64,000 bases of DNA, from positions 162,742 to 226,741 of the forward strand of contig NW_018403901.1 in NCBI RefSeq assembly GCF_002113885.1, read 5' to 3'. The position numbers and the translations under genes were made by a program. Of this stretch, positions 53,284-64,000 are shown one piece after another (position 1 is the stretch's first letter; the number at the start of each line of letters is the position of its first letter). Origin of the DNA: Mizuhopecten yessoensis. Taxonomy: Eukaryota. The notes beneath the pieces were generated by a model. It worked only from the letters and a program-made list of their open reading frames with translations, ran no database searches and was not told where the DNA came from.

Positions 53284-56200
53284 ATGGCCAACTGGAGACG
53301 ACTGCTGACGGTACTGGCATTTCTCTGGAGCGTAACCACCGTAACAGGTACGACTTGCTTCAAATATTTCCTGTTCCTTATTTAAAATTAGAACATATGC
53401 GAAAAAGACCTCTGATCACAACTTAAAATGTATCTAACTTGACTATTGTATTACAACTTTTATATATTGATGTGGATCGTGGCTATCAATGAATCCTGTC
53501 GCATGATTTAAAGTTGGATCCTTTTATATATTCAATTTAAACGTTTTTGATATCAATAGGGTGTTATATGTACCTGGTACGATTTAATGGTGTGAGCATA
53601 AGAATGTATTTTCAATTAAAATTTGTTGATATCTTTTTATTATAGTAAAAGTTATGAACACGTAGAATGGCGTCACCGGTGTATAACATACATACTGTAT
53701 TAGGTCAAAAAGGCATTTATGATTCTGTACACGTTCTTTATATTTTATTAGTGGCAATAAATTATCTGCATATGTATTATCAGGAACAAAAAAAACGTTG
53801 GCAGTAAACATATATGATAAAATATCAGAATAATGGTATACTGACCTTACATGGATGATGTCTACATGCATGTAAAGGTATCTTAGTATTAAGCCAGACG
53901 TATACTGGTACACACGTGTAGTCATGCTTGCATTCCGTCTGACACAGAAAACAATCAGACATAGACACTTTATTTACTCTGTTGAATTAAATTTATTAAA
54001 TAGAGGCTTTTGTACATTTAAACAACAGAATAACACTCGGCTAAAACTCGTTTTCTTTGATAGCTCAAACATGTCAATCGTCGGGTTTCACAATAGCGGC
54101 CACGGAGAAGCTACAGACATTATCGTCTCCTAACTTCCCATCGTCCTATCCGCCGTAAGTATATCAGTTCTACTGATTGATTGATTGGTTTTACGCCCCC
54201 TTCATTACTGAGTAGTTTGGATATCCAGCAGACGAAGAAAAGACTGGAATATGAGAAGAAAGTATACAATATAAAGTAGGGAATAGAAAAGGGAGACAGA
54301 GGTCAGTTCTATATACGTTTCCGGTTTACGTTAAGGTCCTCTCGAATATATCCGTATGTGAATTAAACTTGAAAACTGCAGGTGGCATGCTATTTAAATA
54401 ACATGTATAAAAGGGACAAGAACATGAAAAACGTCTACATTTACTGATGTTATATTTTGTAAGTTAGGTAAACAACGTCACCGAAGCCTCTAAGCTTGGC
54501 ACAGGCTGTAAACATTTAATGCTTTATATTGCTTAAGCACTGATAATTTGATTCTTAACTATGCTAAACTTTGTTATTATTTCTATATTAGCAGTACAAC
54601 ATTTCTTTGGCTGTTTTGGTTGTCATGCTGTACAGTGCTATCTCAGTGATAACACATGTACACATTCACTATTCATTATTGATATTACGACCATAGACCT
54701 GTTTAGCGTATCGATCTTTAGATGAATAGGTTTGTATCGGCAGTCGGGTATTCTATCTATCGATATCAGAAATGTGTATTTATTGACAAAAACTAATATG
54801 TCATTGTACTTATATAAATGTGGGAAAAATACAAAATAATATCATGACATCCCATCAATAATTTATATGAAATACATTATGTTACATGTACAGACACACA
54901 CATTCATGAAATCATATGTGTCAAAAATACACATACATGTACATAGAGTTTAATGTTTTACAAAGACATATATACATGTTTATGAAGTGTAATGTGTTAC
55001 AAAACACATACTTGATAAATACGATATGTTTAAACATTCCCATGCATGATATACTACGTGTACTACTTAACATTATAAGGCTAAGCAAATAAATACTGCC
55101 ACCTCGCGGGATTAATACAGACAATAACGTAATTCAGTTATTTCAATTATTAGAGATGCAAAGCAAAAATACTTTAGCAAATTTCAAAATTCTCTTATTG
55201 ACAAAAATATCCTTCCAGGTAAATGGTGGAGAATTGCCAAATCTGTTCTTACCTCTAAAAATAAAAATTGTACTGATTATCCTTTGGAAATTAATGGTGA
55301 ATTGAAAGTGCATCCTGTAGATAAGGTGGAGTCATTTCACTATTTTTTCATATCTATTTCTACATCAGATAAAACTATTGAAGGCATCCTTCCGAATCCT
55401 ACTCCTTTCCCTCATCAGCTATCTAATATACTGAGCAAGATCTTTATGACCAACTTCAACTCATTAATCCAAAAAAGCCTGCAGGTACTCATACAATTCA
55501 CCCAACATTTATCAAAGGTGTATCTGAATCTCTTGTAAAGCCATTACATATTATTTTTAATAAATCAGTGGAATCCGGTCAATTACCTAAAGTCTTGAAA
55601 TATGCCAATGTCACAGCTGTATATAAGGGCAAAGGTGAGAGAAGTGACCCATCAAACTACAGACCTATTTCTATCACTCCTCTGTTTAGTAAATTGCTTT
55701 AAAGAATTATGTTCAAATATTTGTTTAACTATCTTTCAATAAATCATATAATTTCTAAGAACCAATCTGGATTCCTCCCCAAAGATTCTACAGTTAACCA
55801 GCTATTAGCAATATATGATTCAATTCTTAAGCAACTTGATACAAGAAAAGAGGCCATAATTGTGTTTTGTGATATTATTAAGGCCTTTGATAGGGTCTGG
55901 CATGAAAAAATATGGTATTGAAGACAATTTTCTTAATCGGTTTTCTAATTATTTAACTGATACACAACAAAGAGTAATAATTGATGGGTACAAGTCTTCT
56001 TGGCGTACACTTACAGCCGGTGTCCCACAGGGCTCAGTCCTCGGGCCGTATTTATTTCTTTTATATATAAATGACATAGAAAAAGAAATTGAGTCAAATG
56101 TGAATTTGTTTGCAGATGGTAGCTCAATGTTTTGTACTTATAGAAAATGATAACAATGCTGCTGCTAAAATTTTAAACAATGATCTCAATAAAATATCTA

Positions 56201-59200
56201 TCTGGGTTCATAGATGGGGTATAGTATTCAGTCCTAGTAAAACAGAAGCTCTTCTTGTATCAAATAAATTAAATGCAGATGAAATGCATCCTGATCTCAC
56301 ATTTCTTAACAATTCTGTGGTAAATGTAAAACAGCATAAACATCTGGGTATTTTTTTTAACAGCCATGGTTTGTGGTCTGATCACATCAATTTCTTATAT
56401 AATAATAAATGTAATAAGATGCATATATTTAGGTCACTCAAACACAAACTTGATAGGAAATCTCTGGTAATGATATACAAGTCATATATTCGTCATATAT
56501 TCGTCCAAATCGTGAGTATGCTAGTGTTGTATGGAATAACTGTAATCAAACTGAATCAGATCTTCTTGAATCTATCCAGCTAGATGCTGCTAGAATAGTT
56601 ACTGGTCTCCGAAGAGGTACTAGTCATGAAATCATCTATAATGAAATTGGATGGGATACTCTTCAGAAACGTAGAAAGGATCAGCAGCATATATTGTTTT
56701 TCAAAATAATTAACCATGTTAGTCATAATTATCTTTTTGGAATTGTTGAACTGTAAATAGTCAGCAATGAAGCTATGACCCATCATGTCCGACATCAACG
56801 TATATTTGAACCACCAATTTGTAGATCTAATGCATATTTCAACAGTTTCTTTCCTAGCATAATGTCTTGGTGGAATAGACCTGAATGTAACTATTATAAT
56901 TTGAGATCTATTAGTGAACTCAAAGTACAACTTGTTCATCATGCCATACCCCAATATAATGAAGATATATGTACTAAGTTTTTTAAATATGAAGGGACTA
57001 GATCTTTTAACATAATATTTTGTCAACTCCGAAATCGTGCAAGTCAGTTGATCACTTTAGAGACCATCATAATGATAATCCCTCCTGTATATGTGTTATA
57101 CAATAATGAAGATGTGAGTCACTTCTGTCTGCATTGCCCTAGATATATATGAATCAAAGACAAATTTTATTAATATCTCTGGACCTAAACATTTATGAAC
57201 ATCTAATGTTTAATATTAATATATTGACAAAAGGAAGTAGTTTTCTTAGTGAATATCTTAACTCTGCTATTCGTGTTTGTGTTCAGAGATAAATAGAATC
57301 AACCAACATANNNNNNNNNNNNNNNNNNNNNNNNNNNNNNNNNNNNNNNNNNNNNNNNNNNNNNNNNNNNNNNNNNNNNNNNNNNNNNNNNNNNNNNNNN
57401 NNNNNNNNNNNNNNNNNNNNNNNNNNNNNNNNNNNNNNNNNNNNNNNNNNNNNNNTGTGTAAGTATGGTATATCCTATCATCATTGGCACTGATCTAATT
57501 CGTATGTTTCTAAAGCATGTTCATTGTGTAAATATTCATAGTTCATTGTATTGGTATTGTTTGGCTTGTATAGGCTTTGCCTGTTGCCCAATTCCAATTA
57601 AATCTGATTGATTTAATGATATATTTTGAAATGAAAATATACTACGAGAATAAATACACATATACATGACATTTGTTAAAATCACTCAACCTGGAATAAA
57701 ATGCGTTCCAAACAAACGCATAAAATATAATTTGTAGCAAACATATGGGCACGTATTATACTGTGAAACAAATCCCACATACAACACATGTACAACACGC
57801 ATGTATACAAGACATATATTACACACACATATACACGCATATTGAAACAATGTCTTAAAACCAAATACATTATATGCTATATGTTAAAAACTATCATACA
57901 TGACGTATTATTTGTTGCAAATACAAAGATGTAATATATTGTGCTAAAACAAATAAATACATGAAAATTTAATGAAATATATGGCAAAGACAAACACAGT
58001 TATACATGAAACATGAAATGCATGACATAAACGCAGACATACATTCAATACAATGTATTAAAAACACAGATAAACGTGAATTACAATGTATTACAACCAC
58101 AGATATACATGAAATACAATGTATTACAAACAAAGAAATACATGAAATACAATGTATTACAAACACAGATATACATGAAATTCAATGTATTACAAACACA
58201 GATATACATGAAATATATTGTATTACAAACACAGACAAACATGACATGCAATGTATCACAAACACATGCATACGTGAAATCAAATGTATTACAAAAACAG
58301 ATAAACATGAAATGCTATGTAATACAAACACAGATATAAATGAAATGCTATGTAATACAAACACAGATATAAATGAAATGTTATGTTATTAAAACACAGA
58401 TATAAATGAAATACAATGTAATACAAACACAGATATAAATGAAATGCAATATAATACAAACACATACATACATGAAATGCTATGTAATACAAACACAGAT
58501 ATAAATGAAATGCTATGTAATACAAACACAGATATAAATGAAATGCTATGTAATACAAACACAGATATAAATGAAATGTTATGTAATACAAACACAGATA
58601 TAAATGAAATGTTATGTAATAAACACAGATATAAATGAAATGCAATGTAATACAAACACATACATACATTAAATGCTATGTAAGACAAACACAGATATAA
58701 ATGAGATGTTATGTAATACAAACACAGATATACATGAAATGCAGTGTATTACAAAAGAAATACATGTAAATTGTAAACATCACATTAGTAAAAGATAGAT
58801 TAGTATTTTGTTTGATATAAATATTTTATCAAAGAGTGTGTTCCTTGATTCTATTAGAAACTATTCTTTTATTATTACACTAACTTCACATTATTACCGA
58901 ATATGTCATTATCTGTGTAGGTCTGCTAACTGTAAGTGGTATCTGAATGCTGGGGATGCTGATCACTTGGTGTTTATAGACATAACGTCATACTCGATCG
59001 AGTTCGCCCCAGGATGCTCGTACGACGGATTATTTATCTACGATGGTATGTCTTTCCTGCATTGTGGCTTACAGTACAATTCCCAGAAAACATATATAAG
59101 AAATATGTATAACCATTATAATTCGAATTGAAACCTTTTATGTTTTGGTAAAAGTTCTGTCTTTCACGACTTTTACCGTGGTGGCCAAGTGGTTAAGGCG

Positions 59201-62200
59201 TCTGACATTCTGCAACCACTAGCCTTCTACTACTGGGTCGCGGGTTCGAAACCTACGTGGGGCAGTCGCCAACTACTGGCCGTAGGTCGGTGGTCTTTTC
59301 TTCAGGAGCTCTGACTTTCCTTCACCACTAAAACCTAGCACGTCCTTAAATGACCATAGCTGTTAATAGGACGTAAAATACAAACAAACAAACAAAAGTC
59401 TAATGTTTAAATATGACATGTATTGCGCTAATGAAATTCTCATTTGCAGGACGACAATCGACGCTGCTAAAGGCCGCGTGCGGTTCAGCCTCACATAGAC
59501 AAATAGATTTGTACAAGTCTACCAGTCAGTACGCCACTGCATGGTTCCGGTCAGACTCCAGTGTCCAGCTCCAGGGCGCGACACTCCGATTCTTCCGTTA
59601 CCCAACAACAGTCAGTAGTAAGTGTTGTTTATATTTAAAAAGTACATTGGTTTTTCGTAGTCAAATTAACAATAATGAAGATAGTAGTGTGTTCTGTGTA
59701 TGGGGTACTTTCCATAAAAATAAAATATAAACACAAAATTAAACCGATGATTACACAGCATAATCAAACAATCACCCAAAATGTGGGGAGAATACGATAA
59801 CATCTTAAAACCCTTCCTCAAAGACGTTATTTACATTGAATGCTTATTTTCATTTATTATACGTATATGATGTAATATTCGAATATTGAAAAAATATTTT
59901 TTTCTAGTTAATATTGATTTATCTTTCATCGTTCATTCATGCCAACCGATGCATTCTCACCTGAGGTTTAACCAAGAAACTATAATCACTGAACCAAATA
60001 TACAAAATCGTTCACCATATCAAGATTATACTGCTGAAACAAAAATGACCACAATAAATATAACTTTGTCATAAACTTTTGAAAGCAAAAAATTGGCATA
60101 CACGTTCAAATTATAATAAGAACACATTTACTGACCATCTTTATGACTAGCATATTACACAACGGAGATCTCCCCATCATAACATTTCATTTGTTTATAA
60201 AGCAGACACCACTTATTGATGTTTAAACTATGACCGCTATGTCTTATGTTGTTTCAGCTGTTTGTCCAACAGCCCTGGATCTGGACGCGAACACCACCAT
60301 CCAATACCTATATTCCCCGGGATTCCCTCGACTGGAAGACGCGTAAATATACTAGAAATACGTCTCTACTCAAATAAGCAGATGAACAATCATTAAAATT
60401 ATAATATATTTAATTTTCTACACAAGTTGGATACTAAATGAAACTACCAAAAGTTCGTTGTTTCCTTTGTCCATGAAATTGACCTGATTCTTCACATTGC
60501 ACATGGTTAATTTCACACTGTTCTAGTGTTTATCTGGTACAGTATAACTGTATGGCCCTTTTACGTTTTGACTATGATAGTTCATGTGTTCCATACTTTT
60601 CTTATACCTACTGGATGCCTCATTTCTATCGATTTTAACGGTTCACTTATTATCATACACGTATAACGACTATTAGCCCCCTTTGTTTCAACTCTACTTA
60701 TTCATATGCTTTCCGGGTTTTAGAACGACTGTAAATCCTGTTGGTATCGACTTATACTATTTCTATATTATATATTATAATGTACTTATCACAACTGTAA
60801 ACACATATTTTGCTGATGGCCATTTATGAATATATACAATGCATTTATAATATCAGTCGATAGATAGCAGATTTTAAAAATGTGCAATTACCACACTTTT
60901 GTTCTATAAATAGTATTTTTTTCTATATAGTATGAATCTGTTTGTAATCGCTATTTTTATGATTTAGAGATAACGAGTGTTCCTGGCTAATCACAGCTGT
61001 CTCCGCTCTTGACGACATTATACTGGAGGTGCTGTACTCTGACATGGTATCAGGGGAGGTCTGTTACACTGATATCCTCACAATCTACGACGGTGAGTAT
61101 CCTACCTACAAGTTAACGCTGAACCTTCGCTATGTATAGGTATGATAGTTCGAATTTGAATATGTTCAATGAAAGTTTTATGTCAGAACGTAATGTTACG
61201 ATGTCATTTCATCAATCACAATGTGAGAATGTCGTATCTCGTCGTTGAAATTGCTATTGTGTCATGTTCATCACTAAATATGTACAATGTCACATGTCAT
61301 TCATTGAAGGTATAACTATTGGCGTTATCAATCACTGAAAATGCAAGAATGTAAGAAACAACAATGAAGTTGTGTTAATTTAATGTGAATTCTGAAGATG
61401 TAACAATCTAATATATAATTAACTGGAACTTGTTTAAGTCATGTGTCATCGCTTTAGGTGAAGAAATGTCATATATTATTCACAAAAATGTTAATCTGCC
61501 ATATATAATCGTAGAAGATGTGAGGATAACACCAACTGACATCACAGAAAATATCTCCCTATATCAAGGAAGCTAATTTTTCTTTTTAAGAAGCAATTAA
61601 TAGTAATGTACTGCCATTTTTAAGCACTTGACTGACCGATGGCTCTCTTTTTATAATCAAGACTGAAACATGACCGATTTGTTAGGTGCATTACATGTAT
61701 AATCATTTGATGGAAGTCATATAGCCTTACTGGATATAATAATGTTTTACCTTATTCCTTCGTTGCGTAAATCAGGACCAGACGATAGTGCCACCGAGCT
61801 GAAACAGGTGTGCTCTGACAAGGTGAACTTCGTAAGTGTGGTTGTCATATCGTCGGCAGATAAAATGTTTCTAAAGCTTACTACACAGTTCAGTCTGACC
61901 GCCCGAACTGGCTTCGTCGTGTCGTATAACTCCACTAACAGGGGTAAGTAGTTCTTATATGTATTTTAGTGCATTATACAGTAACATTTGGATTATGTTT
62001 ACGGGGTTGATATATATATAGTCGTAGACAAAACAGATGCCTGCTACTTACAAACATCATGATGCCAACGCCTGTTAAGATTGTGTTTAGAACTGGAATT
62101 ATGTTTTAGTCACTTTTGATAAATAGTCTGTTTTGGTCGAAGCGACAACATCAGATCGAATACAATATAGAAACGTAACTAAGGTATGCATGTCATGCGC

Positions 62201-63789
62201 AATACTATTTTTATCGCTGTGTCTAAAAATGCAAATGGTAAAAACGCCTACATTAAACTTTGCTTGTTTGTTTGTGCTGCTATTTTACAGGACGAACATT
62301 GGCTCTGACAACTACCGTGGCAGCCATCCCGACCTTTTCGGTGTGCGACACAAGCGTGGTGCCAGCCGCATCCTCCCTCCAACAAATTACGTCCCCCAAT
62401 TACCCTAACCTGTATGGAAAGTAAGTCTTATTTCATAATCATATTTAATAACAATATGTTATATTGTATTACTTAGTTCAGTATATATTTAGAGATGTAG
62501 TTATCTGATAGATCAAGAATGTTACCAGTTCTTATGACTTTGAAGTACAAAGGGTTACTTCTTTATCCGCAGCATATATATCTCGTTCTTTTGCTGGAAG
62601 CGAAATTAGATATAGTTCATTTTCATCAGGTTTTTTTTCAAAAAACCATTAACAATTAACATATAAAATGTTATGTTTATAAAGCTACCTGAACTGTTAC
62701 CTGGTCATTGAGGCAGCCGAAGGGGAACAGATTTTTCTGAACCTAGTGGATTCCTCTATACAGAGCAGTACTGGCTGCTCCAACGATGGATTGGCTATCT
62801 ATGATGGTAAGACTTGTATCTTAAATTCAAGCATTTCCTGTTACATTTTGTAATAGCATGTCAGTCTATGCTAGAATTGTATATGCATCTTAAATTAAAA
62901 GGAGAAAAACTAATTATGATGATGACTTAACACGTTCCTTTCAATCCAAATGTTACGAAGACCTCTGGAACACTTCCATAAAATATCACATGAACAATTT
63001 TACCATATTGATTTAATGTTATATCATATCTCGAAGTGAAATATTCATTGTTAGTTCATTTTATTCATGGCACTGCTGTAATGCTTAAAATCGTGAAGCG
63101 CGCAGCTTCTTAATTTGCTTTTTCTGTAACAATAACAGGTCCGTCCTCTAGCTCGGTACAGTTAGGCTCGTTCTGCGGGGAGGATTTGACGGCTAGTATC
63201 AATAGTACTGGCTCCAGTTTGACTCTCTTTTTCTACGCAGATGGTTCTAGTTTAAACAGAGGATTCAAGGTGCAGTTCATATCTGCACCCCACGGTAAGA
63301 TGTAATATATATGTATCTTATAAAATGTAGATATTGTGTAAGTTTTATAAGGTTAATTTGTCCTTACCGTTCGGAGTATACCGTGTTGTTCTTTCATTGT
63401 TGACGAACCGTTGAGGTGTGTATATCACCTGCCAAAAAGACGATTATTTCTTAAATACATACACTCATTCATATAAATTCATTTTTTTGCAAATATATAA
63501 CAAACCGTATTTAGTTTTTTAATATGGTTTCTGTAAAACGAGAACTATTCTGAAAAATTTAAATGTCTTAGATGATGTAAAAGGTAGATAACAAATAATA
63601 TTGTTTTATCCTTAAGTCTTCCCTTGCGTGAACCGCGTTTGTATGGTCACTTAACCAGTGATAACATGTGTTTACCTGTATTGCAGTGCTTCCTAGTTGT
63701 ATTGACTCCAGTGTCAACATAACGTACCTCAACGCGACAACATCTGTTCAATACCTAACATCTCCCAACTACCCCGCCAATTATAATCT
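53284..63789 (+). CDS. Multi-CUB-domain protein, gene 2 (tandem paralog of gene 1; exons 1-11, continues off the right edge)
   Basis: Exons 53284-53347 (signal peptide MANWRRLLTVLAFLWSVTTVT), 54064-54154, 58921-59045, 59450-59617, 60258-60342, 60968-61092, 61776-61943, 62291-62420, 62685-62806, 63139-63294, 63687-63789. The phases repeat those of gene 1. Motifs include SPNFPSSY, CKW, PGCSYDGLFIYDG, FRSDSSVQ, FCG, RGF and NITYLNATTSVQYLTSPNYP. Confidence 0.92.
55050..57640 (+). mobile_element. Degenerate non-LTR retrotransposon (RT plus a C-terminal H-x3-HCP motif) in CUB gene 2 intron 2
   Basis: NYRPIS, NQSGF, FCDIIKAFDRVWH, GVPQGSVLGP, LFAD, HKHLG and SHFCLHCPRY, with frameshifts and stops; the 3' end spans the gap at 57311-57455. 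Confidence 0.93.
57950..58765. repeat. 33-bp minisatellite (AAACACAGATATAAATGAAATGCTATGTAATAC, about 24 copies)
   Basis: Direct tandem copies that decay leftwards; source of the 11-aa periodic ORFs. Confidence 0.92.
59176..59397 (+). mobile_element. tRNA-derived SINE, near full length
   Basis: A box GTGGCCAAGTGG, B box GGTTCGAAACC, central GGTCGGTGGTCTTTTCT...ACTTTCC domain, 3' CGTCCTTAAATGACC...GGACG hairpin and (CAAA)n tail. Confidence 0.85.
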
Positions 63790-64000
63790 GTAAGTTAACA
63801 CTAAATCTGGTTGTTATACACAGACGCAACTTCGGTTGTTATCATAGTACAGTGGATTAAAACAAATCATTTTATACTTTAATTAATCATGCGTATATTG
63901 TTTCAATTGAAAAAAGTACAAACGTTTACGTTACTACGTCCTTTTAAAGATTATATATAGCGCAATCTTGTATACATTTACAACAACAAAGTAAACTTTA

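Noticed and set aside
57950-58765. 33-bp array as another exon-derived repeat, or an 11-aa repeat protein
   Set aside because: It ends about 155 bp before exon 3, shows no similarity to any exon and has no donor motif.
59176-59260. tRNA gene
   Set aside because: A and B boxes are present, but there is no proper cloverleaf and it continues into a SINE body and (CAAA)n tail.
62133-62183. Possible extra exon ending AAG|GTATGC in CUB gene 2
   Set aside because: Not needed for frame continuity, weak acceptor, and no counterpart in gene 1.

Overview
AT-rich animal genomic DNA with spliceosomal introns and three N-gaps; the repeats and gene families suggest a mollusc or other lophotrochozoan (inference). 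I read five intron-containing genes exon by exon. There is a head-to-head pair of SLC5/SGLT-like sodium:solute symporters (a minus-strand copy running off the left edge, and a complete 14-exon plus-strand copy at 9700-20832). There is also a cluster of CUB-domain proteins: a minus-strand signal peptide-CUB-TM gene (28354-31513), a complete 4xCUB-TM gene (34272-49224) and its tandem paralog (53284 to the right edge). Introns carry decayed LINEs, tRNA-derived SINEs, fold-back elements, LTR-like segments and minisatellites. Main observation: four unrelated minisatellite arrays (39, 69/72, 40/43 and 34 bp units; about 9 kb in total) each start exactly at an exon 3' end and consist of tandem copies of 'exon tail + 5' splice site', running only into the intron. 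The matching exons of the neighbouring paralogs have no array. Most long ORFs in the supplied track are artefacts of these arrays.
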